A DNA stretch of 62,928 bases, the filler included, from Neolecta irregularis DAH-3 (taxonomy: Eukaryota), in the NCBI GenBank assembly GCA_001929475.1. It is 18 parts of 18 records of this genome, joined end to end, with 100 filler letters (N's around TTAATTAATTAA, not from the genome) between each part and the next. Parts side by side here need not be neighbours in the genome. Positions count along the whole stretch, not along the records: positions 50,788 to 54,313 come from LXFE01001201.1; positions 54,414 to 59,162 come from LXFE01001207.1; positions 59,263 to 60,478 come from LXFE01001210.1; positions 60,579 to 62,928 come from LXFE01001215.1; 14 more parts are not named here. One strand, given 5' to 3'. This document shows, one piece after another, positions 50,926 to 62,928 of this stretch. The translations under genes were made by a program, and so were the position numbers. The notes beneath the pieces were generated by a model. That model had not been told where the DNA came from. It saw nothing but the letters and a program-made list of their open reading frames with translations, and made no database searches. The stretch's first letter is position 1; each line of letters begins with the position of its first letter.

Positions 50926-52262
50926 ATGTTTACAAATGACGCTGGAAAATCCCTAGAATTACTTGCGTCCACTGGTACCAAATTCCACGGACCTATAAAG
51001 CGACACCATGAATCAGTACCGGCAAATATCCAACCCGATCAATCTAATTTATTTAAATCGGCACACTGGTAAGAATAGTTAAAAAATAGCAATAAATGCA
51101 AGGTCTGCCGATGGATCTTCGATAATGACTTTATCCGAAGACAATGCCCTCCGGACTTTTATTGTGTATGTCTCCTCAACGAAACGATCCAGTTGATACC
51201 CAGACAGACCGCAGGATTTATTGAATAGTCCAACAGGTACATGGGCATATTTAGCCTATTGACCGTTAGAAAAATTGCTTGTTCCGTATGTCACGATACG
51301 ATGTCCAGAGACAGTCTACTCCACTGCTTGGTACCCATATTCAACCTTATCGGGTATGCGTGTGGTTAAGGACTTTCTTATCACTTAGACTGTATTACTT
51401 TCTGCTACCTTTCTGCGGCTAGAGACCATCCTATACATTTATATGATGGATTGACCGGCATGGTGGTCTTGTGGATATGTCTAGACTGATATTCTAGCTC
51501 AGAGCCAGTTACCCTCTCATCAATCATGTCGAGAAATTCACTGCTCCATATGCTATGCAGTTCTCAATGGACGGCGAATCATTCTTCGCCGGAACAGATT
51601 CTTTGATTTCTCAATTCTCGTTAAACCAACCGGGTCCACCGGTCGTTTCCTTTAAAACTAGCTTGAGAGATTATTTTGCTCAAAAGGGCCCGATATCGGC
51701 TTTGGCGCTTAGTGCAGATATTCTTGCAGCTGGATCAGTTAGCGGCCAAGTCGGTCTATATGATCCATTTTCAAATTCGCCTGTTTCTGTCTTTGACACA
51801 ATTGAGAAAACGGGCGTTACTCAGGTCTTGTGGAGCGCCGATGAAAAACTCTTGTTTGTAGCTAGTCGACGGAGTGATTGTGTCGAGATTTGGGATGTCA
51901 GATCAACTGGATGCATACTCGGAAAACTCACCGGTCGAAAAGCCAATACAAATCAACGAATGAGCATAAATTTAAAAGGTGACACACTTGTCGCAGGAGG
52001 TACAGATGGACAAGTACGTTGTTGGAATATCAAGAGTTTCAATATGCAGTGGCAATATCAATTGCATAATGGTATCATATCTCGATGCTGAATTAACCAC
52101 ATAGACCCGGTAACTGGTGCTACAATGCATCCTACATGTGCCATACTCGCCTCTTGTTCTGGGAAACGATATTTCGGTGAAACTGTTGACTTTTCGATGG
52201 AAATGGAGAATACGCTGAAAATATTTGATTGTCGAAAAGATAGCGAGAATGCATTATTTTAA
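50926..52262 (+). CDS. WD40 protein of the TCAB1/WRAP53/Swt21 family (spliced)
   Basis: FKSAHWSADGS, AWYP, SAARDHPIHLYD, LRASY, KGPISAL, GVTQVLWS, ASRRSD..WDVR, TNQRM, ASCSGKR. Confidence 0.88.
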
Positions 52263-52477
52263 CTTGGGTCATTTACAGGAAAGCTCTTGCTCAAAGTACA
52301 TCATAGTTATCATTCTCTCCCAAGTATTTGCCAATAATACATTATATTCAATGTTTTGGGATCTCGTATCCAAACAGCTCCGTTTGATTGGTCATGCTTC
52401 CTGGTGTCGTAGTTACGTTTTCTCCTACTAGTAACTTGGAGTGAATTCTGCCTGTGGTTATTCTTTGATATCAGAGA

Positions 52478-53494
52478 ATGTCTCCTGACCAAAATGCTGA
52501 ATCGACCTTTATCAACCTTTTTCATTCCCGGGCTGTTCCACCTCCACCTGTTCCACCTCCTTCAGCCATGACTTCGTCTACTGACTCCGTTTCTACACCC
52601 GGATTTGTCGCTGAAAATCCAGACATCGAGGAGACCCTAAAACAAAATACTGTCGGGCTGGTCCATCTCGATCATTTTCGAAAAGTCAAACGATCATTAG
52701 CCGAGCAGCGAGACCGGTCGTTTATCGCTGGGAAAGAGTAACGTGATCCCTTTTCAAGGTGTAGTTCTGATAAACAAGCATGGAGTAGATCCAAAAGCTT
52801 TCCAAAGAAGGTATCAAAGAAATCAAAAAAGCGCACAAAACTGTCTTTTGACGATGGAGATGATGTCGGTTCGGATGATACAGCTTTGCCCTCGAAGAAA
52901 AGAATCATTGGCAAAGATCCGGGGGTTGACACTTCATTTCTACCCGATAACGAACGGGAAGAATTGAATAACCTCAGAAGAGAACAACTCCGAAAAGAAT
53001 ACCTCGAGAACATGGTAAAAGCCAAGGAAGAAGAGGTCGAATTACATTTTTCCTACTTTGAAGGAACGGAAACACCATATAAATTACAAGTCAGGAAAGG
53101 AGATACGATCAGAAAGTTTCTCGAAATTATCAAAGATCAAGTACCTCAACTTAATCATGTCAGAACAGACGATGTAATGCTCGTACAAGGACAATTGATA
53201 ATTCCTCATGTATTGCCCTCTCATCTCAATGCCATTGACTATTACAGCATTACGAGTTTCATTGGTTCATTATGCACAAAAAACGAGGAATATTTGGCCA
53301 ACTCCTCTTCGATTTCAATAGCGAACAAAGCTTGGATAATAGAGAACTGAGTGTATTTTTCTTCAATTGCAATTTTAATTAAACAGTTTCAAATTCCAAA
53401 GGTCACCACAAAGACTTGGTACCAAAAGAACAAACATATCTACCCGGCCAGTCGTTGGCAATCGTTTGATCCGTTGAAAAATGTAATATTTTAA
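52478..53494 (+). CDS. XAP5: XAP5/FAM50 family protein (spliced; the C-terminus may extend slightly)
   Basis: [59 protein letters not shown]. Confidence 0.9.
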
Positions 53495-54245
53495 AGTGGA
53501 TCATTGACTGATACTTTAGTATGCCCAAAGATCCAATGACGATCCTGCTATGACGGCTCTCTTTGGATAAGAAAATCTTGTGTGCGTTTAGAATCGTTTT
53601 GAGGATCCAGTATTTCATATCCATTTTATCTCATCACTTGAAAGCATCGCCGCTGTGTCGCACTCTGCGGGCCACACGGGCGCCCTAGTCGTGCATGCCC
53701 TACGTCAGAACCAACAATTTATCCACAAAGCCATTCTGACANNNNNNNNNNACGGGCGCCCTAGTCGTGCATGCCCTACGTCAGAACCAACAATTTATCC
53801 ACAAAGCCATTCTGACACCCAAGTCCCTGTAGAATGCGCAGTCTGCGAAATAGACCACCGAGAAACCCCCCAGGACAGCGAGGCACAGGACCGCTACATC
53901 CCATTCCCTGTCTATTTTGAATCGGCATTACCCCTGCTTCTGCCCTTTATGGTCACGGAAAAGAGCAATTGTACAATTGATGAAAGATGAATTGTATCAC
54001 CTCTTCCAGCTGTATCTCCATCGCGACATCCCATTCAGCTGTCGCATTCCAATCCAGAAGACTACAAGTGCGCCCACAGAGTACATCCCACTGACGGCCA
54101 TACCAATTACCAAATTTCAACACTAATTCCGTCAACCCACACACCTGTCCCTTTTCCTCCTTGACCGGATCCAGGATGATGATGGCGGGTATTTCCTTTT
54201 TTTTCTCTTTTATCTATTTTATCTCTACTTCCGGGGAAGGCTGGT

Positions 54246-54313
54246 TGTAAGATTGTACCCTTCAGGTACACCTTACCAATACGGCAAGAGGCGTGGAATC
54301 ATATTGCGGCCTT
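54246..54313 (+). mobile_element. Partial LTR preceded by a purine-rich tract
   Basis: GGGGAAGGCTGGT-TGTAAG..CCTTACCAATAC, as in the other LTRs. Confidence 0.75.
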
Positions 54314-54618
54314 NNNNNNNNNNNNNNNNNNNNNNNNNNNNNNNNNNNNNNNNNNNNTTAATTAATTAANNNNNNNNNNNNNNNNNNNNNNNNNNNNNNN
54401 NNNNNNNNNNNNNATTTTACATTTGAATATTGCAATGAATGAGGTTATTGCATTAATAAAAAAATAAAAAAAGCAATCTTGGACCTAGGAACACAAAATG
54501 TATGCTTCACTCGGAGAAATAAAGAAAATAAAGAGAACCCATGACCCACAACCTTGATCAAGATCCGGGTACTGATATATATAAACTCTTGTTTCTGCGC
54601 TATTGATCTCAAATATCG

Positions 54619-55271
54619 CTAAGATAGTAGGGGCGACTGCACAATCTCACTTTTCCGTAACATGTCTTTGAACATGTCTCTACGCAGGATCTTCATTGCT
54701 TCATCATAAGTGACCTACAAAATAAACTTATAACTTCGAGTAGAGGTACCCATCGACGGTTTCGTTTACCCATTTCGGGATATTCATCCTTGACTTCATG
54801 AACTTCTACTTGAAAATATATAAAATGCGAACTCGAATCCTTGAATTCACCTAGACGCTTGGTAATTTTACCAATAATACCCGCTATCAAAATATCAGTA
54901 ACTCATAAAAAGTAAAGAACAGCACCTTCTTCCCACCCTTCCCTCAGAGCAGCTTCCTCGTCACTTTCATCGGTTTCCCAACCTCCCTAGGATCAATACG
55001 AAACCACGAAGGAGGTATTAAATACTTTGGGTAGAACCCAACGACCCCTATCCCTTGAGCTACTCACAATTAAAACCATTTGTCCTTCTTGTGCACCATC
55101 CGGAATTTTCACGCCAGGTGACCTTGTATTGATGGAGTTTAAGCCAATACACACAGAGACATAACGGTTTCCATCCGGTGTGTAATGCTGCTTATCGCGG
55201 GTTTGTCTGGCTTGCATTGTATGATGGGGTGGTGCCTTAGCAGGCGAGGTCAAATTTGAACTGTTGGACAT
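54619..55271 (-). CDS. DDP1: Diphosphoinositol polyphosphate Nudix hydrolase Ddp1/Aps1 (spliced)
   Basis: MQARQTRDKQHY, WVLPKGGWETDE..AALREGWEEAG Nudix box, YPEMGKRNRRW. Confidence 0.9.
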
Positions 55272-56230
55272 TTTTGAGGCGGGTTGTCACCTGCGTTCTT
55301 CCTTTCCTTTGGTTGGTACTACCGGGACGTGGTTGTCTAGGAATTGATTAGCGATTGAATATGCCGATATTAAAAGCGAAAGGGATTGTTCCTCCGAGAA
55401 TCAAATAAGCTGGATGTTGGAGCACGGACGATTTGGAGGTTAGTCTTGCGGCAGAAAAAACAATCTGTATGAGTGTCAGGACAACCTTTCCACCGTATCA
55501 TTTTAAGTAGCCATTTCTTCGCAGGGATAATGAGATTCGAGTGGCGGGGATACCGGCAAACAATTGGAGGTTGTAGATCTGGTTAGCATTATTATAGTCA
55601 TAGGCACATGATCATGTTATCCTCATTATTACGGGGGCGATGACAGGTCGCAATAAACTATCTTAATCACAGGACTACCAAAAGATATATCTTCTCGCTC
55701 GAAATATCCCTCGGAATTAAAGTTTTTCTGTGCATTCCTTGCAGATATCTCCATTTTGTCCCCTGAGAGTGTTTCTTTGTGAGGCCGAGGTATTAAACGG
55801 AAATATGAAGCGTTACGCTTAGGACTGTTAGGAATGGCGGGCTTATACAGATCGCCAAACAAAAGCGTCCCACGATTTAACAACCTTTCCCAAGAAGAAA
55901 TTCATGTATATCATCATGTCCTATCATATCTTCTAACAGGAAGCTCTTCAGATTATTTGGAGTATCTTTTTCTTCTTTAGGTCCCTGGTTAATTTATATC
56001 CTAGGGCAAATTAGCTTTGTCCTTGAACTCAACTTCATCTCTCTATTCAACCATCCAAATCAAGCTTATCACTGATGGCATACTGGCCCACAGTGAATTA
56101 AAACAACATAAGTCTTAGGCTCTTAGCCTGAGAGAATATTTCATCAAGGAACCAACCAAATAGTTTCATCACCGCGTCTGGTGCAAGTCATCTCTATTCC
56201 TACGGGAATCAGCTCTATATTCAAAGCCAT

Positions 56231-56986
56231 TTGAATTTCCAGAGATCGAAGATGAGAACTGCATTTTCATACATTCGAGATTCAAATTTATCCAAACCTG
56301 AGAAATCTATGAAATCTATTTCCAATGAAATACTTACTTTGAGCAAAGAAGTGAAATATAGAGAATCAAATAGCATTCAACTTGTTACAAGCTCTGGAAA
56401 GAATCTGCCAAGTACACTCAAAGATGAAATGCTGATACCGTGTACCCCGTTCCAACATTTTGTGGTTAATGATCACTCCTTATATCCCAACAAGCAGTAT
56501 GCATCCAGGGACCATGTCAACTCGAAGCCTCTTTTGACTGGAGCTATAGCACCACCAAAGCCTGTTGGTCTACATAAAGACATCATCCCTCATGGTACCT
56601 CAAAACTTGGGCTAAAGGTGGAATTGCCACCTCAACATGACTGCAAACCAAAAAGTTATGATGTTATCAATTCCGCACAGCACATAGTCCTCTCTACTTC
56701 ATCCATGCGATTTCCACCAAACTTTCAATCGGTAAGTACACGAACTCAACGAAGAAAGCAGAAGCACTCAAAACGCAAAAAAGCCAAGAAAACCAAGCTT
56801 TCATCATCATTTGAAAAGATTCGACTACCGTCTATTGATGGTTTGATATACGAAGTACAACACAATATGCGAGCAGGATATTTATATGGCGTTTTTGAAC
56901 GAGCTAGGGAAACAAACGTCAATATAGAACATGTAATTGCGAGATATTCGGAATATCTGCACGACTGGGTCATCAATCGAGCATGA
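56231..56986 (+). CDS. Hypothetical protein with a basic NLS-like tract; true start uncertain
   Basis: 251-codon ORF with RRKQKHSKRKKAKK; no recognisable domain. Confidence 0.45.
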   Translation: MNFQRSKMRTAFSYIRDSNLSKPEKSMKSISNEILTLSKEVKYRESNSIQLVTSSGKNLPSTLKDEMLIPCTPFQHFVVNDHSLYPNKQYASRDHVNSKPLLTGAIAPPKPVGLHKDIIPHGTSKLGLKVELPPQHDCKPKSYDVINSAQHIVLSTSSMRFPPNFQSVSTRTQRRKQKHSKRKKAKKTKLSSSFEKIRLPSIDGLIYEVQHNMRAGYLYGVFERARETNVNIEHVIARYSEYLHDWVINRA

Positions 56987-57118
56987 GGAATGGCTTTTTG
57001 AGTTTCACTGTCTAGTGAACAGCTTTTCAATGATGCGGGAGACAGATTTGCTGAGTAAAATACATAATTTATAAACCAGGTATTCCATTTTAGATAGCGA
57101 CAATAAGACTATATTCAT

Positions 57119-57678
57119 TTATGCTGATTCGCTCAGCTTAAATGACAACGAAACACTATTAACACAATGTCTTTCATCAGTGGCCTTGGCCTCTGGAAAC
57201 CCTTCCCCTTTGAAAACATGTCCAAGATGCCCACCACAATTAGCGCAAGTAATCTCTGTTCTGAAAAAATGTCAATACTCATCTCTGGAATAAATCAATA
57301 CCTTGTCATGCCTAAACTTATATCCTCATGCCTATTAACCTTCCCAGGAATGGCATCAAAAAAGGCTATGCCATCAATATCACGGCTTCAAGAAACAGTA
57401 CCAGGCCACCCACAACCCGAATCAAACTTGGTTGTGCTTTTATAAAGAGGCTCATGACATCCAACACATTGATAAATGCCTTTTTCGTGGAATTTGCTGT
57501 ATATTCCTGAGTCAGCCGGTTCCGTGCCTTTCTCTCTGAGGATACGGAACTGTTCAGGTGAGAGAACAGCTCGCCATTCATCGTTTGTTCTGGTAACCAT
57601 TGCGTATCGAAGACTGGATATAGGCGGCGATGTTCGTGGAAATCTGAAGAGTGGAGACAGGTTGAAATGTCGCTTCAT
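57119..57678 (-). CDS. MXR2: Peptide methionine-R-sulfoxide reductase MsrB (2 introns) with a mitochondrial-type presequence
   Basis: [49 protein letters not shown]. Confidence 0.95.
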
Positions 57679-57908
57679 CCAGCGATAGATTCTTGGATAT
57701 TTGATTTAATTGCGTCACCTCTGCTTAATCATCTGCAATGCCCTCCACAATTGGATAAGTAGATGAGTTTAACCAGCTAAATCGTATCTGCTACATCTAC
57801 AATATGCAGAGTAATCTTGTAGAAATCGACCGGCAAATCAAGGCCTTCAGATTCTGCAATGAAATTCTGGGTTCGCGCAACGAATAAGAGAACTACTGTT
57901 AGTGAGCT

Positions 57909-58146
57909 TGTAAGGTATACGGTTTCGTATACCTCGCACGCATGACATGGAAAAGGGGTATACATATTTGAATACCTTAAACGCAGGACAAAGATCAAGC
58001 AAGGTTATCTCGCAAGAACATTGCAATATTTTAAGGAGTATGTATAGAATATAAGGGAAGCGGATAGGAACTATCTAGCTAAGATTCTCATATCTTAAGC
58101 TAGAAATATATCCTAGTCTTATTCGTACCGAGGTCCCACACTTACA
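57909..58146 (+). mobile_element. Solo LTR-like element (238 bp), no TSD visible
   Basis: TGTAAG...CTTACA termini and a 5' hairpin. Confidence 0.7.
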
Positions 58147-58574
58147 CAGACTTGCTTGCTTACTTGTTTATAAGCAAATAAGCAAGCAAGCCTGGAGGAC
58201 AAAAATTGGCCAGTAAGCAAGTACAATAACATAGACTTGCTTGATTGGACTTGATAGATTTGACAGTTTAATACTTTTAATGAGACATTGAATATTGTCT
58301 TAATACCTCTACCAAAAATTGTCTGCATTATCCCAGGAGATATTATCATATTGAAATGTCAATTACAATTGTCAATATGGATTCCAGCGATCTTATCACA
58401 GCAAATATTTCAATTTTCCAAGATCAGACACCTTCAATATCACTCAGCGAGATTGATATTGATATATCACCCCCTGGTCCTAAACTTAATAATGATGATG
58501 ACAACTATGATGGCATTGATTGGAACGACTACCAGAATAAAGTAACGGGTGAGAGTGCAGGGACTACAACGGAC

Positions 58575-58911
58575 CAGGAGGGGGAGCAGTAACGGGCGCG
58601 GTGGGTGGGGCGATAACAGGTGAGAAGGCAGGCGATAACGGGCGAGAGGGTGTGGGGTGGTAAAGGGCGAGGAGGGCAGGCGATAATGGGCGAAGAGGGC
58701 GGGGCAGTAATGGGCAGGAGAGTGAGAGGAAGCAAGTATGGGAGTAAGAGGAAGCAAGCAGAGCCTTTCCATGTCACTTTGATAAACGCGATAAATCCTA
58801 TCACGTGATACGGCCCATTTGGCCCAAGGACCATGGGCCGGGCTTTTTCCATAGTCCAGTCCATGGACTTTTACTGGACTGGATTAAGTCCATGGTCCAT
58901 CCGCAACACTA
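58575..58911 (-). mobile_element. Purine-rich tract, CACGTG, GGCCCA repeats, ending in a TAGTGTTG terminus
   Basis: Same layout as 1470-1727. Confidence 0.65.
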
Positions 58912-59469
58912 TGGGAGGATTAGTATGCCGGCCGCCTGCCGGAAAAATCCGAACTGTCCGCCTTCCGGAGCCTCTTTGGCGGGTGGAGCCTCTCAGACCG
59001 GATTGTTATGCCTCCCGCCTTCACCAAGAGATCCAACCACCCATCTGGAGAATGCCCTGGCAGGCTGTTAGGTTGTATGGCGGTTTGGTAGTTTCCTCCA
59101 TGTGATGCTTCTTCAAAGGTCCCCCTTTGACTTTCTTGTATTGAATTTGTTGGCAGACCATTNNNNNNNNNNNNNNNNNNNNNNNNNNNNNNNNNNNNNN
59201 NNNNNNTTAATTAATTAANNNNNNNNNNNNNNNNNNNNNNNNNNNNNNNNNNNNNNNNNNNNAAGAGCCACATCATTATAGAAAACCCATCAGATAACCA
59301 CAATGATACTACATGTATCATTTTTTCCACATGACAAGCTTATGTGGATAGGACAACGGGTAAGGTAACGAGCGAGATAACAATATGCGACGAAGGGGGG
59401 AAGCTTTGGCGAGAATTCCGAGTAGTGTCGAATTTGGTGAAATTCCCAATTTCGAGATTCTTTACAACT

Positions 59470-59931
59470 TCACTTAGGGTAAGCATCTCCAATAGCGAGT
59501 GCGAAGTTAGAGGCTGCATTGAAATCTGTATAGTGTTGAACTTTGGTATCATAGGAGTGAAAAAATTCGTCATCCTTAAGACTCTCGCCGATAAACATAC
59601 AATTTAGGGACTTTAGGAATGTACAGGGTGAAATAACGAAATAATCGGTGGACACGTTCTTAGAGGGATAAAATTGGTAATGGTCGCTCTCCCATACTGC
59701 TATATGATCATTCAGATTTGGATCCTCGCTACTGGTGCGCAAGTTGTCATGGAAGTCGACGAAAAAAACTGTACATCCCTCTGAGACATCGTTATATTCC
59801 ATAACAAGCTTGACAACTCGACAACACATCTTCTTGCTGCCGTCGGCCAACAAACGAAAGTACTGATATCTATCTGCGGCAGATAGAACGATATGGATCA
59901 GGAAGTATAAAAGAAGACTGAGAAACGTCAT
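59470..59931 (-). CDS. Small orphan secreted protein (153 aa, 5 Cys)
   Basis: Signal peptide MTFLSLLLYFLIHIVLSA; intronless ORF. Confidence 0.65.
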   Translation of the reverse strand: MTFLSLLLYFLIHIVLSAADRYQYFRLLADGSKKMCCRVVKLVMEYNDVSEGCTVFFVDFHDNLRTSSEDPNLNDHIAVWESDHYQFYPSKNVSTDYFVISPCTFLKSLNCMFIGESLKDDEFFHSYDTKVQHYTDFNAASNFALAIGDAYPK

Positions 59932-60308
59932 TGCGAATGTGAATTGAAATATTTTGTATGGGAGAGATGATATGGATATCGGGGGGCATTTGGTTTGATT
60001 AAATAGAAAACTGCTGACAGCCGGAATACGACAAAACAATAAAATATTGCTGTCCGGAGGTATGTTAGGGCTAAAGAAACAGTGCCCGTGGCGGGGAAAC
60101 CCGAAAACTGCCATTTTGTCAACCGGTCGCTAATTCGAAACTGCCTGAATCGTCAACGGCTATTAACATCTTCGTTATCTCGTATTTGCGTCAAGCATGG
60201 TGACCCGAGCACATTAGAGGACGCTCCCACGTTTATCCGGTCTCTGATTTTCCATACGCTTGAGCCGCTTCGCTTCCTTTTTTGGCGAAGCTAATCCAGT
60301 GAAACAAT

Positions 60309-60405
60309 CAGTGTTGGCAATGGACCAAAGTCCATGGCCTTTTTTTAAAGCCCGGCCCATGGACTTTTCTGAGGGTCGGGCCCCACCCATGGGTCCAAAT
60401 GAAGC
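60309..60405 (+). mobile_element. hAT-like MITE left end CAGTGTTGGCAATGG
   Basis: Reverse complement of the ends at 1055 and 44378; internal match to 816-870. Confidence 0.75.
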
Positions 60406-61664
60406 TATTCTAAGCCCTAATTCCAAAGTTTTACAGATTGAGATACTCTCATGTTGGGTTGGTGAAAATGAGCTTCATNNNNNNNNNNNNNNNNNNNNNN
60501 NNNNNNNNNNNNNNNNNNNNNNTTAATTAATTAANNNNNNNNNNNNNNNNNNNNNNNNNNNNNNNNNNNNNNNNNNNNTTTGTATGTGCAGCATACTTCA
60601 CCAATGAAAGAAATGGCCAGATAGAAATCATTCTATGCTAGCAATTTTGGTTATTTAGTGAATGTTGTATTGCACCTATCCTAATAAAACGGTTTGACCT
60701 GCCCGCCCGCCGGAAGGTTGAAAAGATTTATGAAGCAAGTCCAGACCAGCAAGTCCAAGTTTGCAAGTAAAATAGCAAGTAAGTCCAAGCAAGGAAGTCC
60801 AAAGGCCTGAAATATGCAAGCAAGCAAGTCTGGATTTGACTGCAGCAACCAGAAGGATTGACTTTTGAATGGATTGAGGACTTTATTTAGAAACAGGTTT
60901 ATCGATCTCTTAGACATTATAGAACTCCCCACCGCTTCCTCAATACAGGAATAGTTTGAAGCGATGAAAGCAAATAGAATGCCACGATCGGAATAGCTTA
61001 GGTCGCGGCACACGTATTCTATAAATACATCCAACGGTTCTCAATTGCCTTCCCAACTGGCATAGAACACACAAATTGGTCTAATGACACAATAACTGAG
61101 TTTGATCTGTTCGTTTGATCGCGATCTTTGAAAATCGTCGATTCCCGGCCAGGGAACTTCGCTGTGAGGATATTCCGATGGATCTCATTACAAATCAAAC
61201 TGACAAGCACAATGACCTCTGTTTTCCTCGATTGTGTTTTAGAAAAGAAATGACAAGTATATGGGGGTGTCAGGATGTGAATGATAGCATAGTAAGAGAT
61301 TTTGCACCTGGATATAGGTAGACAACAAATTTAGCCGATCGCGTACTTTAAAAGCATCGAAACAATCTAATTTAGTGCAGTTTAGGGTTAGGGTTAAAAC
61401 AAGATCCATCTATCGCATGAGAAGATGCCAGCCTTGACAAGGACGATGCTAGAATCATAGGATGTAAAGAACTATTTATAACAACAGATCGAGCCAGCGC
61501 TTTCTAGAACAATAACAATTCCAATTTCCCTGGAAAGAATATTCTTCGCGATTGCCCATGTCATTGTGAGACAAAGAATGACGTCGTTCCCGTATCTGTT
61601 TAAGACCCGGTGGAATATAAATATATATAGACCCCTACTGCCTGGAGCCATTCGACACAAAGTC

Positions 61665-62177
61665 ATGCTATCGTCTTACCTCCTCTGCTTCATTGTCGTT
61701 CTTAGATCTTTCGTATTGTCCGCTCCTGTTCTCTCTGTTCGATCGCAAAGCGCGACTAAATGGTTTACCATGACCGTCGAGTCCAAGGATATGACTTTAC
61801 AGGGTCTTCCATTAACCTACAAAGTGTTGGAGACTCAGGCTCTGCAGGTTACTCTAAAGTCGTCCAATTCTCTGGTGCTCCAACTTAGCAACGAAATGGT
61901 CGTTGAAAAAGGTACCGGACAACTGGGGTACATACCCCGAATAGATGGGGAGCCTTCTGCCATATGGATGTTCTGGGAAAATATACCTGAAGGCGCTACC
62001 AAAGACCCATTCATCATCGACGAAAATGGATATCTGACCTTTGGCAAAAAACTCTCCTGGTTCGTATGCCGTCCTGCTGGCGAAGAAGGGTTTTGGGCAG
62101 TCAAATGGGGTCCGGCCGAATATTCGGGAGCCGAGCATTGCCACAAGGTGTTTTTCAAAACCACGATGATCGAATAG
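61665..62177 (+). CDS. Secreted cell-wall-protein-like (PhiA/Cwp1-like fold), 170 aa
   Basis: TATA at about 61616; signal MLSSYLLCFIVVLRSFVLSA; FIIDENGYLTF..WFVC...C.KV motif. Confidence 0.75.
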   Translation: MLSSYLLCFIVVLRSFVLSAPVLSVRSQSATKWFTMTVESKDMTLQGLPLTYKVLETQALQVTLKSSNSLVLQLSNEMVVEKGTGQLGYIPRIDGEPSAIWMFWENIPEGATKDPFIIDENGYLTFGKKLSWFVCRPAGEEGFWAVKWGPAEYSGAEHCHKVFFKTTMIE

Positions 62178-62928
62178 CGGCATCTATGGGGTCGTGCTAT
62201 GGTAGCATTTTCTTCTGGGGTCTATCGCGCGATTATTCTTGTATTATAACTGGCATTTCAGGCGTTTTGGATTTAATGCTTTAATCTTATTGTCTGCACT
62301 GTAAAATCAACTTGCACACATCATTCTATTAGCATGCATATCGGTTGCTCTCTATCTGACCATAATACTAATGTCGCTATCTGTAAACAGTATAATTTTG
62401 GAAACACCAGACTTAGTGTCACCGAAGCTTACGAATAACTAGGACACTAGGATTCTAGGTAATTGGAGTGTCATAAAGAAATACTAAACAGAGGATTAGG
62501 GTTAGGGTTATCACTATCGGGACTCCTCATTCAAGCTCCCTCCTTCCCTCTTCCTCCACGATATTTACTATCACCTATCTAATTCGCGATTCCTTATCCT
62601 ATCTGCTTGGCACGATTCTGCTTCTGACTTCGGTCCTCTGTTTTCTTAAGAGTATCTTCATACCGGGAGTATGGGGCGTGCTGACGAGTCACCGAATATA
62701 AAACGGGGCTTAGCTTAGCTTTTCCTTTTTTAACCACAGTGTGTACTGGAAGGAAGTATGTTGAGTTCTGCAGGTATACAGATTAGTCCTCCACCCCTCT
62801 TTCTCATTAATCAAAATATATCAAAGATCACAAGCACAACTTTAAGAACCCTATCTGTCACCACCAGTGTGTCCATCAATCAATCGGATTATCAATCCAA
62901 AAAATATCTTCAATCAATCAATCCATGT

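Noticed and set aside
53676-53817. Exact 66-bp direct repeat around a 10-N gap
   Set aside because: Typical unmerged contig overlap rather than a real duplication
62681-62720. CTGACGAG resembling a hammerhead ribozyme core
   Set aside because: No stem II followed by GAAA could be formed

Overview
Eukaryotic (fungal, ascomycete-like) draft sequence. It is not one contiguous locus but 18 short contigs joined by an artificial 100-nt linker (N44-TTAATTAATTAA-N44), so adjacency across linkers carries no biological meaning. Very short introns (about 40-50 nt), tight gene packing and the gene set suggest an early-diverging ascomycete such as a Taphrinomycotina lineage (inference). Recognisable housekeeping genes: MAG1, ICE2, SRP14 (3' part), RSC1/2, ENO1 (3' part), a CIA30-domain protein, LOA1/VPS66, TCO89-like, PPIL1-type cyclophilin, a homeodomain TF, a TDA5-like SDR, an AidB-like acyl-CoA dehydrogenase, a LAM/GRAMD1 sterol transporter, ATG38/NRBF2-like, TCAB1/SWT21, XAP5/FAM50, DDP1/aps1 and MXR2. 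These are mixed with several orphan secreted proteins, gene-fragment pseudogenes (P450, KGD1, diflavin reductase), an intact PIF/Harbinger transposase, a decayed Ty3/gypsy chromovirus, short TGTAAG...CTTACA LTRs and several hAT-like MITE families. Main observations: (1) every LTR start folds into a terminal hairpin whose sequence differs between families but whose pairing is kept; (2) repeats show CpG-directed C-to-T decay; (3) a spliced, secreted His/Asp/Ala/Lys-repeat protein missed by the ORF track is a candidate metal chelator; (4) a secreted tandem PAN/Apple-like protein has the same intron position in both modules. No tRNA, rRNA or CRISPR array could be supported. All identifications are by eye, and the exon boundaries of spliced genes are approximate.
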